DNA of 64,000 nt from a virus. Its lineage: Duplodnaviria; Caudoviricetes. The stretch spans positions 1-64,000 of the IMG/VR virus record IMGVR_UViG_3300023283_000173; one strand, 5' to 3'. Shown here piece by piece: positions 7,903 to 17,131 of this stretch. Position numbers and translations under genes: made by a program. Position 1 is the first letter of the stretch. Each line of letters starts with the position of its first letter. The notes below the pieces were generated by a model. The model saw only the letters and a list, made by a program, of their open reading frames with translations. It ran no database searches and had not been told where the DNA came from.

Positions 7903-8400
7903 CTACGTTGCCAGCGCCGTTACCCGCTCACTCAGCGGGCTTTCCTTGCCTGCGAGGATGTCCTGCCAAGTGACTCGCCCGGAACGGCGGAAGTGTCCGT
8001 GCCACGGTCGGCTATTTAACTGCTCCGCTTCGAGAGGATGATACGGCTCGCCTCCATCAAGCAACCATGCAATTCTATCCGCGGCCTGTTCAGGCGACGG
8101 TTCGGTATACGCCCATCCTGCCGCGAATAAAAACGCGTATTCATCCGTCTTGCGATAAATACCAAACACACGTCCTGAGTAAATAGACCAGGGTTCGCGC
8201 CGCTTTCCTGGTATTCCTGTTGCGTCCGGCCCATGTCCGAGTGCACAACCGACTGTTCCACACTCTGCTTCGACAGGGTCGAACACTTCATAAAGCGCCA
8301 TACAGGTTACCTGCATATCGAACTGCATTCGTGTTTTCCCCGCAGCTAGGTATGCTGCGAGCAGCTCAAGATTTTCTCGTTGGTGTTCTGTAGGCGCCAT
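7903..8400 (-). CDS. Hypothetical protein (FDM...CGTxxCAxG)
   Basis: 165-aa ORF with RBS. Confidence 0.65.
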   Translation of the reverse strand: MAPTEHQRENLELLAAYLAAGKTRMQFDMQVTCMALYEVFDPVEAECGTVGCALGHGPDATGIPGKRREPWSIYSGRVFGIYRKTDEYAFLFAAGWAYTEPSPEQAADRIAWLLDGGEPYHPLEAEQLNSRPWHGHFRRSGRVTWQDILAGKESPLSERVTALAT

Positions 8401-8412
8401 AACTCTCTCCTT

Positions 8413-8604
8413 TCAGGTTAGCAGAATTGCGCCGACCACCGCTAAGACTGCCAGCGCGATAAAGACCAGCGCAAGCCAGCCTGTTTCGATGCGGTCGCGC
8501 TCTCGATCGAGGGGTAAGGGCGGCCGATCTTCACGCCGGCGTACGATCCGCCGCGGATCGTATGTGCGGTCGAAATGCGGATCATAAGGATCATAGCCGG
8601 TCAT
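8413..8604 (-). CDS. Small membrane protein
   Basis: C-terminal TM helix. Confidence 0.55.
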   Translation of the reverse strand: MTGYDPYDPHFDRTYDPRRIVRRREDRPPLPLDRERDRIETGWLALVFIALAVLAVVGAILLT

Positions 8605-8783
8605 CAGACGACTCCTTTCCCATTGCAGCGAACATACTTACGCAGCCGCAAGCTGACCGTAACAGTACCTGTTCCCCAACAACTTGGGCACACATCATCG
8701 GTTTCCAGCAATAACGGCGCCAATGCAGCGGCCAGGAAGCCTACGCCGACGATGCCGACTACGATCCAGCCTATGATGATCAT
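8604..8783 (-). CDS. 59-aa TM protein with DnaJ-like CxxCxGxG
   Basis: Own translation MIIIGWIVVGIVG...CPSCWGTG...CNGKGVV*. Confidence 0.55.
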   Translation of the reverse strand: MIIIGWIVVGIVGVGFLAAALAPLLLETDDVCPSCWGTGTVTVSLRLRKYVRCNGKGVV

Positions 8784-8811
8784 GGTCCCACCCTCGTATC
8801 TTCGCTCGACA

Positions 8812-9060
8812 TCATGTAGGCACCGTCATTACACGGTACCCCTTCGTCGGATGATACCACAGCTCACGCACCGAGTGCTCCGTTCGCTTCCCCTCGAGCA
8901 GCGTCACGGTGTTCCGCCAAGGCGTACCCTTGGGTCCACGCACGCGCCTCCTCCGCGATCGTTCCAGGGTACTCTCTACCAGCGCCGCAGCACGTCTCTC
9001 GTCGTTCTTCTTCTCCCTGCGCACCGCGGGGTGACTCGGATCCCTGTCGTACACGCTCAC
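8812..9060 (-). CDS. Hypothetical basic protein
   Basis: ORF in series; ends WYHPTKGYR. Confidence 0.55.
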   Translation of the reverse strand: MSVYDRDPSHPAVRREKKNDERRAAALVESTLERSRRRRVRGPKGTPWRNTVTLLEGKRTEHSVRELWYHPTKGYRVMTVPT

Positions 9061-9383
9061 CTCTCGTCTCCTCTCAGCGTCTCACGCACCTCGCGCCGGA
9101 AGGCCTCGACGACCTCTCCGTGGTGCCGCTCGACCCGGTCGTGCCCTCGCCACTCGGCATCCGTCTGGAGGTGCGCCGAGTTCACGGCAGTCAAAGCCTC
9201 ACGCAGTAGACGTCGGAGCCTCACGTTCTCCCCCTCTATCCTCCGTATGTGCGCAGCGGCCTCTATCTGGATCGGCGGCACGAAATCCGACGAGGCGAAG
9301 CTCCTCTCTCCGAACGGACCCAAGGAGTACGTCCCCTCGAGACGGTCGACTATGCGGTCGTCACGGTCGTCGCCCATCACCAC
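9057..9383 (-). CDS. Hypothetical protein
   Basis: Overlapping start/stop with neighbours. Confidence 0.55.
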   Translation of the reverse strand: MVMGDDRDDRIVDRLEGTYSLGPFGERSFASSDFVPPIQIEAAAHIRRIEGENVRLRRLLREALTAVNSAHLQTDAEWRGHDRVERHHGEVVEAFRREVRETLRGDER

Positions 9384-9660
9384 ACACCCAGGACCAGCAG
9401 TACAACTACCGTCAGGGCGAAGCCGACGGCGACGCCACGCAGTACGTCGCGTGCGTACTCAGGGTCGTCTCTCATCTTCGACCACATATTCCTCACATTC
9501 ATATCTACCCTCTCTGCCTCACACGCTCCAGCTCGGCGATGTACTCCCTGAGCTGACCTACGTGTCCCTCGAACGTGTACGGCACGTCGGGCTCGCCGTT
9601 CTTCTTGATGTACCACACCCTCCGCAAGACCGGTCCTCTTACGTCCTCTCCAGAACCGCA

Positions 9661-9840
9661 TCAGAGTACCCCCGTCAGCTTCAGGCACGCGACCAGGACG
9701 CCGGCGAGGACACACCCCGCCAGGAACCCGACGATCCTCGCCTCGAGCCTCCTGCGCTCGGAGTAGGTGAACGTCTCGAAGTCGGCGATGTCCGACGCCA
9801 CGCCCGAGTTCTCCAGTGTTATCAGGTCTCGCGCAGTCAT
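9661..9840 (-). CDS. 59-aa membrane protein
   Basis: Own translation MTARDLITLEN...IVGFLAGCVLAGVLVACL; CCAAGGAGGG leader. Confidence 0.55.
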   Translation of the reverse strand: MTARDLITLENSGVASDIADFETFTYSERRRLEARIVGFLAGCVLAGVLVACLKLTGVL

Positions 9841-9881
9841 GTCCGTAACCCTCCTTGGTTTTAGACCTCGATCATGTCGTT

Positions 9882-9910
9882 AGTCTACACCGTAATATTC
9901 ACGTTGTAAA
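9882..9910 (-). promoter_or_regulatory. Sigma70-like promoter
   Basis: TTTACA-17-TAGACT. Confidence 0.6.
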
Positions 9911-9924
9911 GTAGTTTACGCGCT

Positions 9925-10281
9925 CTAAAACCACGCAGCAGCACGTCGCGTAGCACCCAACGTCTCCTCGACGATCTCCATCGCGTAACGCGTCGTGACG
10001 CCTTCCTGTCCGAAACTACGCTCGAGCTCCCTCGCTCGGTCACGCATTTCTGTACGGTACCCGTCACCATACATGTCCCAGTCTCGTCCACCGAACGTGC
10101 CACACGCCCGCACGATACCTGCGAGCTCTTCCGCCTCGCGAATCACCTTGTCGTCCGGGTGCTCGCAGGCGTAGTCAACGGCCGCGCGAAGCAAACTCCG
10201 TCCTTCTGCCGTCAGCTCAGAGGAATCACCACCGAACACAACCATCTCCAGAATCTCGTTAGCTGCCGACGTCGCGTTCAT
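9925..10281 (-). CDS. Hypothetical protein
   Basis: Start MNATSAA after a GA-rich RBS. Confidence 0.55.
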   Translation of the reverse strand: MNATSAANEILEMVVFGGDSSELTAEGRSLLRAAVDYACEHPDDKVIREAEELAGIVRACGTFGGRDWDMYGDGYRTEMRDRARELERSFGQEGVTTRYAMEIVEETLGATRRAAAWF

Positions 10282-10485
10282 CGTCTCTCTCCAGCCCCTG
10301 GTCTGCGTCGAAGCGCCCGCTGGTAGCCGATCCCACCGTGACGCCCCGACGCCGATCACATTGCCCGCAGGCCGGAGGCGTTGCCATAGCGGATACCATC
10401 GCGCGCATGCGTCGCATCTCGGCACGCTCGATATCGGCCAGCGCTTGCTCGCGGGTCCTGGCGGTGCGATTGAGATAAGGACTGG

Positions 10486-11202
10486 TCATTGCTCGTCTCC
10501 CTCTACATTTATCAACCGCTCCAGCAGGCCACACGGATCAAATAGCTCCCATGTGGCGGCCTTTGCAGCGTCCCTGGCGGCCCATTCGGCGGCTCGTGCG
10601 GCCCATTCGGCGGCGGCCCCGGCGGCATCCCTGTCGGCGGGCCTTGCGACGGCCCATTCGGCGGTCCATTCGGCCTCTGCGGCGGCCCTGGCGGTGTCAC
10701 TGGCGGCGACCACTGTGGCCCCGGCGGTCCATTCGGCGGCCCCGGCGGCGTTTGCGGCCCTGGCGGCGTTTGCGGCCCTGGCGGCGGTCTCTGCGGCGGC
10801 CTCTGTACGCTGAATACACATCTCCCGCCACGCGTCGCCGAACCCGTATCGATCCGCTATCGGCTGGACACTCGGCAAAACCACGGACCACATCCAATCA
10901 AGGATAATGTCGAGCCGTTGCCGTTCGTGGTCACAGCCGGTGCCGGCGGCGAGCGGCAGGAGGGATTTCCAGCGGTCACTGTTGCGCATGCCGTCCGGCA
11001 TGGCGTCCTGGACTACGATGATCCACTGGCCGATCACCTCGGACATGCACTCCGGGATATCGTCCGTAAGCTCGCCGGTCAGAGCGAGATTAATGGCAGC
11101 GATCGAGCACGCCTCCTCCTCGGTGTCCATACCAGCAGAGATGTGGTGGTCTTTGAAGTAGGCCGCTATGGCGTCATGCTGAGCTTGTGTGATGGTGGTC
11201 AT
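10486..11202 (-). CDS. Phage protein with Ala/Trp-rich repeats
   Basis: CSIAAINLAL..TDDIPECMS N-terminus; AAEWxA repeats. Confidence 0.7.
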   Translation of the reverse strand: MTTITQAQHDAIAAYFKDHHISAGMDTEEEACSIAAINLALTGELTDDIPECMSEVIGQWIIVVQDAMPDGMRNSDRWKSLLPLAAGTGCDHERQRLDIILDWMWSVVLPSVQPIADRYGFGDAWREMCIQRTEAAAETAARAANAARAANAAGAAEWTAGATVVAASDTARAAAEAEWTAEWAVARPADRDAAGAAAEWAARAAEWAARDAAKAATWELFDPCGLLERLINVEGDEQ

Positions 11203-11258
11203 GATTTTCTCTCCTGCTTGAGTGACGCCCCGACCAGAGCCTGGGCGCTGCGCTGGGA

Positions 11259-11546
11259 TCAGTCAGTCAGCAGCCACTCAGGAAATGTGGCCCGAGCTGC
11301 TGCAAATCCAGAGATCAAATCGGCGCGGCGCACAGGTTCGTTGCCCGTGTCGGGCGCGTCGGGATCGGCTGGCGAAAACCACTCGCGCATCGTCTCGTCC
11401 GCCAGTTCTCCATCAGAGTTATCGGCCAATATCGTGCGGATTTCATCGCGGCTATTGAGCCCACCAGCGCTCAGAAACTCCTGTGCAATCGCCTCGGCGC
11501 GATCTTTGTGTGTGCGGAACAGCGTTGCGTTAAATTCGACGGTCAT
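11259..11546 (-). CDS. Hypothetical protein
   Basis: MTVEFNAT after RBS; in-frame upstream ATG at 11594. Confidence 0.65.
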   Translation of the reverse strand: MTVEFNATLFRTHKDRAEAIAQEFLSAGGLNSRDEIRTILADNSDGELADETMREWFSPADPDAPDTGNEPVRRADLISGFAAARATFPEWLLTD

Positions 11547-11600
11547 CGTCTCTCTCCTACCCTCCTTGGCTCTGGGATGTGTGTTTGTGTTCATAGTCTT

Positions 11601-11629
11601 AACATAGGAGGTAGGATGTAGTTTGTCAA
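11601..11629 (-). promoter_or_regulatory. Strong sigma70-like promoter (76-bp cassette also at 49262..49337)
   Basis: TTGACA-17-TATGTT. Confidence 0.75.
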
Positions 11630-11743
11630 GTAGGTTCGTGCAGTTTATCACAGAGGTCTGACCCTGTAGGCCGCCTACAGGGTCTTGTGCCATCCCCCGA
11701 CGAGCCTCGACTGACTGAACACCGCTACCACCGAGTCACCGCC

Positions 11744-11968
11744 TCAGTCTTCGGCCTCGCCGTTGCCCTCGCGCTCCCTCAGGTGCTCGACCAGCACGTC
11801 GTCGTAGTCCGCCTCGTAGTCGTCGACCAGGGTGTTCAGGCGGTCGAACAGGTCCGCCCTCACGGTGACGACCTCGTCCGACTGGGCGGGCGTCTTCCTG
11901 ACGGCCCTGCCGACGGCCACCACCAAGTCCCTCAGGTGCCTCACCTCGCGTACGCTAAACTCCGTCAT
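11744..11968 (-). CDS. Hypothetical protein
   Basis: 74-aa ORF with RBS. Confidence 0.55.
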   Translation of the reverse strand: MTEFSVREVRHLRDLVVAVGRAVRKTPAQSDEVVTVRADLFDRLNTLVDDYEADYDDVLVEHLREREGNGEAED

Positions 11969-12216
11969 GACAGTACCTCCTGGTCCCCTCGTCGACTTCG
12001 CTCATCCCTGTTACCGTACCGGATCTCCGTAGTACTCCCCTGGGCGTTCTCGACGATCACCTTGTGGTAGCCGGAGGGATACAGGGTCACTGTCTCGACC
12101 TCACCCGCAGCCGCTGGCCGCATGAAGCTCACCTCTCTCCCGTTGACGTCGACGGGAGGTGTCGCCTCCTCGAGCTGTACCCGCGTGTCTGTGAGGTACA
12201 CCTTGATCGTGAACAT
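11965..12216 (-). CDS. Hypothetical protein
   Basis: MFTIKVYL after GGAGAG. Confidence 0.5.
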   Translation of the reverse strand: MFTIKVYLTDTRVQLEEATPPVDVNGREVSFMRPAAAGEVETVTLYPSGYHKVIVENAQGSTTEIRYGNRDERSRRGDQEVLS

Positions 12217-12248
12217 GCTGTCTCTCCTTCTTCTGCTCGGGCCAAAAC

Positions 12249-12488
12249 TCACACCAGTCCCTTCTCGATCGCCAGCCACTCCGGCATGACGAACACACCG
12301 TCACTCTCATCATGCTCCACCATACTCTTGGGAAGCCACACGGGGTCCCCCGTACCCGCGTCCACCAGGTAAGCCCTCTCCGTCTCGTGGCGGAGTATCC
12401 CGGCGACTTCGATCAGGTCGCTCTTCCCAGAGACCACGTCCTCGTCCTCCGTCCTGGAAATGTTCCAGAGACGTGCAGTCAACTGCAC
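12249..12488 (-). CDS. Conserved small phage protein
   Basis: HETERAYLV..VWLPKS..MPEWLA.EKGL; start uncertain. Confidence 0.65.
   Translation of the reverse strand: MQLTARLWNISRTEDEDVVSGKSDLIEVAGILRHETERAYLVDAGTGDPVWLPKSMVEHDESDGVFVMPEWLAIEKGLV
12474..12487. repeat. 14-bp near-palindrome, copy 4
   Basis: Exact copy at a gene junction. Confidence 0.9.
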
Positions 12489-12793
12489 GGATCGGCTCTC
12501 CTCAGTCGTGTGGGTAGACCCCTCCGCTGCACCGCCTGCACCACCGCCGACGGCGACACGCCATACCTCTCAGCAATGTCCTTCACCTTCTCGCCGCGCA
12601 CGTACGCCTCGACGTACTGCTCGGTCCTGGCCCGGCGCAGCGCGCCCCTGTCGACCCCGCCCATGCGCCTGGCCACCAGGTACACCCCGGCGCGCGACAG
12701 ACCGTGGTCCGCAGCGATGTTCGACGGACTGTCCCCTCGGTTCCATCTCCGCAGGACCTCCCTGTCCCTGTCTGTGGTGTCATCCGCACTCAC
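12479..12793 (-). CDS. Tandem helix-turn-helix DNA-binding protein
   Basis: GDSPSNIAADHGLSRAGVY and GEKVKDIAERYGVSPSAV. Confidence 0.7.
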   Translation of the reverse strand: MSADDTTDRDREVLRRWNRGDSPSNIAADHGLSRAGVYLVARRMGGVDRGALRRARTEQYVEAYVRGEKVKDIAERYGVSPSAVVQAVQRRGLPTRLRRADPCS

Positions 12794-12804
12794 GTCGGAC
12801 TCCT

Positions 12805-13281
12805 CTACCTGGCCCGCACGGGAGCGGGCCCCTGATCCTGATACTTCCCGTCGTACGGCGACTCCGTGGGTTCGTCCAGGCGCACGAACACGAGGTGCGC
12901 TATCGGCATGCCCCTGAGCAACTCGACGCCGTCGCTCGAGTGATTCGTGATCTCGAGCGTGAGGTACCCGCGGAAACCGGGGTCGGCCGTACTGTTCTGT
13001 ACGGCCACACCCCGGCGTACCCACGTGCTCTTGTCGCACACCATGACCAGTAGGTCATCCGGTACAGTCAACCTCTCCAGAGACGAACCCAAGACGAAAC
13101 AACCCTTCGGTCGACTGGCGTGTCCCACCCCCTCCAGTCTCAGGTCCTGGGCGAGCCTCACGTCGTATCCCGCAGGGCCGAGGCCGTAGGTCAGGCCGAA
13201 GGCCTCCGACCGCTCCGAGAACGGCGATATCAGCTCGTGTTCCCCCTGCCTCCTTCGGATCGTCTGCGCAGACAGTATCAC
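12805..13281 (-). CDS. dcd: dCTP deaminase / trimeric dUTPase family
   Basis: GPAGYDVRL, DKSTWVRRG, DPGFRGYLTLE, YDGKYQ. Confidence 0.85.
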   Translation of the reverse strand: MILSAQTIRRRQGEHELISPFSERSEAFGLTYGLGPAGYDVRLAQDLRLEGVGHASRPKGCFVLGSSLERLTVPDDLLVMVCDKSTWVRRGVAVQNSTADPGFRGYLTLEITNHSSDGVELLRGMPIAHLVFVRLDEPTESPYDGKYQDQGPAPVRAR

Positions 13282-13290
13282 CCGACTCTC

Positions 13291-13587
13291 CTACGCCAGT
13301 ACCCTCTTCCTCTCGGACTCGGGCACCGTGTCGTAGACGACCTCCCGGTCCACCTCCTCGACGGTGACGCGGAACACGCGCCCCGCGGCCTCGTAGAAGA
13401 CCTGGTTGTTCTCGTCTCCCGCGACAAACACGCCGTACGACGGGGAGCTCTCGTAGCGACTCGGCTGCCGGCCGCGCTCCTCCCTACCCATCTCGAGCTC
13501 GGCCAACGGGTTGTGGTTTCGGCACTTCCGGCCGATCCACTGCGTAAACATCTCCAGGTCGTTCGCTCCGTTCCTCAGCTTGGGCAT
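13291..13587 (-). CDS. Hypothetical protein
   Basis: 98-aa ORF with RBS. Confidence 0.55.
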   Translation of the reverse strand: MPKLRNGANDLEMFTQWIGRKCRNHNPLAELEMGREERGRQPSRYESSPSYGVFVAGDENNQVFYEAAGRVFRVTVEEVDREVVYDTVPESERKRVLA

Positions 13588-13743
13588 CTCGCCTCTCCTC
13601 TCCTACACACTCGATGAGACTTGTAGACTAGCCGCCGGTCACCGGGCCGCGTCGCCTACTTCGGCGGAGTGTACGTCGTATGTACGATCCGTACACCTGT
13701 ACGCGTACACATACATACACATCTGTACACATACGTACGACCC

Positions 13744-14253
13744 CTAGAGACCCGCGCCCTCCAGCAGGGTAACCGTGTGTCGCAGAGCGGCCTTGAAGGC
13801 CCTCGGGTCGTTACTGTAGGCGGGTACACGGGGGAACACGGACACGTCAGGGACCCTGTCCACGAAGTCCGGGGCCTCTTCCAGAAGGTAGTCTACCAGC
13901 TCTTCCCGCGCGTCTCCTCGGTCCCTACGCATACCGTTCAGCAGCTCACTGGCCCTGTCGAGAAACTCGTCCTCGATCCACCAGCAGTGGTCGTCGGGTC
14001 CGAGACGGACCCTCCGCACCAGCGTGGCCCCGGCCAGGCACACGGAGCAGGTCCCGTCTGCGTGGAACCGGAACCACTCGCCCATGTCGACGCGGTATCC
14101 GTCGAGTCGCTCGATACTCTCCAGGTCGTCCAGGGCCTCCCCGAGCATGGTACTGGGCCTGCGGCTGAGACCTCTGTGTCGTCCGGTGAGCGCGTCGTCC
14201 CCGCAGTCGACGAGGTCCGTCTCGTCAGGTACTGCTCCGTCTTCCTGTAACAT
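13744..14253 (-). CDS. Hypothetical protein, DM..CxxC family (paralog of 7455..7892)
   Basis: GYRVDMGEWF...TCSVCLAGA; AAGGAGG RBS before ATG 14253. Confidence 0.65.
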   Translation of the reverse strand: MLQEDGAVPDETDLVDCGDDALTGRHRGLSRRPSTMLGEALDDLESIERLDGYRVDMGEWFRFHADGTCSVCLAGATLVRRVRLGPDDHCWWIEDEFLDRASELLNGMRRDRGDAREELVDYLLEEAPDFVDRVPDVSVFPRVPAYSNDPRAFKAALRHTVTLLEGAGL

Positions 14254-14291
14254 GATGGCCACCTCCTTGTGCTCCGACACTCCTCCTCGGG

Positions 14292-15305
14292 TCACGGCAA
14301 CTTCACGCGCACCTCCACGTCCGGCCAGATCTCCTCGAACGTCTTGAGTACCTCGTCCATGCCGGCCGACTCCATCGTCTCCCTGACGCCCTGCGCCGGG
14401 GACTTTTTCGTCCCCTTGCCGAGATACTCGAGACAGATGTACTCGAGAGCCACCGACGCGACGTCCGTGTTACCGTCCTTCTTGGCCTTCTCGAGGGCTC
14501 CGTCGACCGTCTCGAGCTGATCCGGGTGCAGCTTGAAGGTCTTGGTCTTCACCTCGACCTGCTGGGCCAGGTCCTGCGGCTGACCGTCCTTCTCGACGTT
14601 CTTCACCGCCTCCTGGATCTGGTGCACGGTGTGGTCCTCGGCGAACTCGATCCAGCCCTGGTAGTTGTCGCCGTCCAGCACCGAAAGCATCACGCTGATC
14701 TTCGTCCAACCGAGCACCTCCACCGCGTCCCACGGGATGTTCGTCTCGACCAGGTGGTCGTAGATCTCGACCCAGTACGAGGCCGTACGGTACTTGATCC
14801 CGTGCTCCTGCTCGACGTAGCTGCGAAAACTATCGTACGGCTCGTACCAGTGGTTCTGGCGAATGACCGAGAACACGCCGCCCAGCTTGAACCAGGTCAG
14901 GCCGGTCTCCTCGCACAGTCCCCTGGCCAGTGTCAGGGCGTCGTCCCTACCGAGTTTCGACACCTGCTGGACGACGTCCGACAGCTTGTCCGCCGCGAGT
15001 ACCTGCCCGCTCTTGGGGAGCTCCGCAGGTAGTTTCGCGGAGTCGTCCTCCGAGTCATCGAAGACGTGACTCTCCGTGGTCGCGTCCTCGACGTCGGCGA
15101 GGTCGGTCTCAGTGTCCGATCCGTCGTCCACGCCGAACTGCTCGAGTAGCCACTGACGCTTGTCGGCCACCTTCATCGTACTCCAACCCTTCGGGACCTC
15201 GATCTGGTTGTCCTTCACAAGCCGGTCGATCTGCTTGCCGGACATGTCCTCCACGGCGATCGTCTCGTCGCCGGACACGTCTCCTGTGTGCTGTTCGCTG
15301 TTCAT
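14292..15305 (-). CDS. Acidic helical protein, possibly DNA-binding
   Basis: 337-aa ORF with its own promoter and leader. Confidence 0.7.
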   Translation of the reverse strand: MNSEQHTGDVSGDETIAVEDMSGKQIDRLVKDNQIEVPKGWSTMKVADKRQWLLEQFGVDDGSDTETDLADVEDATTESHVFDDSEDDSAKLPAELPKSGQVLAADKLSDVVQQVSKLGRDDALTLARGLCEETGLTWFKLGGVFSVIRQNHWYEPYDSFRSYVEQEHGIKYRTASYWVEIYDHLVETNIPWDAVEVLGWTKISVMLSVLDGDNYQGWIEFAEDHTVHQIQEAVKNVEKDGQPQDLAQQVEVKTKTFKLHPDQLETVDGALEKAKKDGNTDVASVALEYICLEYLGKGTKKSPAQGVRETMESAGMDEVLKTFEEIWPDVEVRVKLP

Positions 15306-15330
15306 GTAGCCCTCCTTGGTCTGTACCTGT

Positions 15331-15358
15331 AGTTTAACACAGTATAGTTCCCTGTCAA
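15331..15358 (-). promoter_or_regulatory. Sigma70-like promoter
   Basis: TTGACA-16-TAAACT. Confidence 0.65.
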
Positions 15359-15894
15359 AGCAGTTTTCTCGGTGGGCCGACAGCGTCGACCACCTCCCTC
15401 ATGGGCCTCGTGAGCCCCTCGCACCTCACGATCGCGGCTGCGGCTACCGCGGCGCAGACGAAGGCCTCCGCCTCGTGAGTAGTGGCGAACATGTGTCCCC
15501 ACCTCTGGTACACGGAGGCGAGTACGACCTCCTTCGGCGCGTTTCCCCTGCCCGCGGCGAACTTCTTCACCTGACTCGGACTGACCAGGCAGACCGGCAT
15601 ACCCGCGGCCCTCAGACCAAGACGCACAGTGGTACCGACCTCCACCAGGGTCACCAGCGTGTTCTTGTTGGCGTAGGCGTATCCCTCAAGTCCGACGACC
15701 TGTACCCAGTGCCGAGTCAACGTTCGCCCCACGGCCTGACTGATGGCCTCGGCCCGTTCCAGACCTGTCATGGCCGGGTACCGCAGCACCCTCGAGTACG
15801 TACACTCCACCCTGCCGGAGGTACAGGTGACGACCGCGACACCCGTCGCCGTGGCCGAAACGTCGAGCCCACACACCCTCACCTCGTCGGTCAC
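15355..15894 (-). CDS. ruvC: RuvC-like Holliday junction resolvase
   Basis: CGLDVSATATG, LEGYAY, PSQVKKFAAGRGNAPK, HEAEA. Confidence 0.8.
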   Translation of the reverse strand: MTDEVRVCGLDVSATATGVAVVTCTSGRVECTYSRVLRYPAMTGLERAEAISQAVGRTLTRHWVQVVGLEGYAYANKNTLVTLVEVGTTVRLGLRAAGMPVCLVSPSQVKKFAAGRGNAPKEVVLASVYQRWGHMFATTHEAEAFVCAAVAAAAIVRCEGLTRPMREVVDAVGPPRKLL

Positions 15895-16790
15895 GACTCG
15901 TCTCCTTGCCAGTGTACCTCCGCGGGGTACAGGTCTCCGAAGCACTCCTTGGCCACGGGACACCCCTGCGCGCGCCTCTCGAACAGCGTCTTGCAAACGC
16001 CGGAGGGCATGCCCTCCCCCCTCGAGTGACCGACCGCCGCACGCGCTTTGGTCAGGTATGCCCGTACCACCTCGTCATCCCTCGTCACGACGTACTCCTT
16101 GAAGGGACTGTACCTCTCCCTGACTCCCTCCCGCCTCATCCAATCCTGAGCGCAACCGTAACCACCCTTCGACACATAGAGTACGGTCGCCCTCGACGTG
16201 TCGACCCCTCCGACACGCGGGTCCCCGCTCTCCCTGAGGACCTGCAGGTACAGTATCGTCCTCAACCTGTGCTCTGCGAGAGGTGCCGCCAGTTTCTTGA
16301 ACTGGTCCTTGTCTATCGTCTTGACCTCTACCGGACGCAGCTTGGGTACGTCTCCGCGGAAGAACAGGTCTATACCTGCGGTTATACCCGCGGCCTCCCA
16401 TACGAATCTCGCCTCGGTCGCCACGAAGTGGTCCCTGCGACACCTCTCACATCGTACAGGCCGTCTCTGGAACGGGTGCAGTTGACTGCACGCCGAGCAC
16501 GTCCAATCGGTCACGACCCTGTCGACGTCGGCCAGCCACTGGATGACCGAGTTCTGCAGTACACGACCCAGATGATACGTCACGGCCTCCGAGGTCGACA
16601 CAGCCCTCGGCGGAACCTCTCGGCCCAGCTCCTTTACCAGCGCGACCTCTCGAGGACAGAACGAACCTCTCGTGAGGTCGGAAGCGTGTACCCGGTCGTA
16701 CCCCCTGTGCCGGTCCGCATACGGAAGACTCCCGTGCAGTAACTTCGATATACAGCGATCGTCGTCCTTGAACCTGTCAAAGCTCCTCAT
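15891..16790 (-). CDS. Cas4-like PD-(D/E)XK exonuclease
   Basis: ASDL..FCPR, AGIDLFF..VEVKT, C-terminal Cys cluster; no CRISPR context. Confidence 0.75.
   Translation of the reverse strand: MRSFDRFKDDDRCISKLLHGSLPYADRHRGYDRVHASDLTRGSFCPREVALVKELGREVPPRAVSTSEAVTYHLGRVLQNSVIQWLADVDRVVTDWTCSACSQLHPFQRRPVRCERCRRDHFVATEARFVWEAAGITAGIDLFFRGDVPKLRPVEVKTIDKDQFKKLAAPLAEHRLRTILYLQVLRESGDPRVGGVDTSRATVLYVSKGGYGCAQDWMRREGVRERYSPFKEYVVTRDDEVVRAYLTKARAAVGHSRGEGMPSGVCKTLFERRAQGCPVAKECFGDLYPAEVHWQGDES
16477..16490. repeat. 14-bp near-palindrome, copy 5 (only inverted copy)
   Basis: TGCAGTTGACTGCA inside the CDS. Confidence 0.85.
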
Positions 16791-17131
16791 GCCTGCTCAA
16801 CCTCCCTGAGCCACCACGCCGGCACGAGTGCCCACTCCCCCCTGCGACGTGGACTGCCGTCCCCGTCGGCGAACACCACCGAGAAGACGGGCGTGAGGCC
16901 TTTCAGCTCAGCCTCGTGCGCTATCTTGGCGAGCTGACGGTACTTCACCGAGAAGGACAGCTTCTCGGTCGTTTTGACCTCGATCAGCAGCGTGTCGGAC
17001 CTGACATCTCCCTCCGCTCCGACTACGGAGCCCGAGCCGGGCGTCCTGCGACCCTTGACGCGCCGGGCCACGGTCTCCTCCCCACACTTGCCGAGCTCGC
17101 TGGCCCTGGCCCTACCCGGTAGGAGTCTCAT
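16787..17131 (-). CDS. Small PD-(D/E)XK resolvase-like endonuclease
   Basis: GSG...GDV..LIEVKT. Confidence 0.7.
   Translation of the reverse strand: MRLLPGRARASELGKCGEETVARRVKGRRTPGSGSVVGAEGDVRSDTLLIEVKTTEKLSFSVKYRQLAKIAHEAELKGLTPVFSVVFADGDGSPRRRGEWALVPAWWLREVEQA

Noticed and set aside
15891-16790. Cas4 as evidence of a CRISPR-Cas locus
   Set aside because: Stand-alone Cas4-like nucleases are common in phage recombination modules; no cas1/cas2 or array
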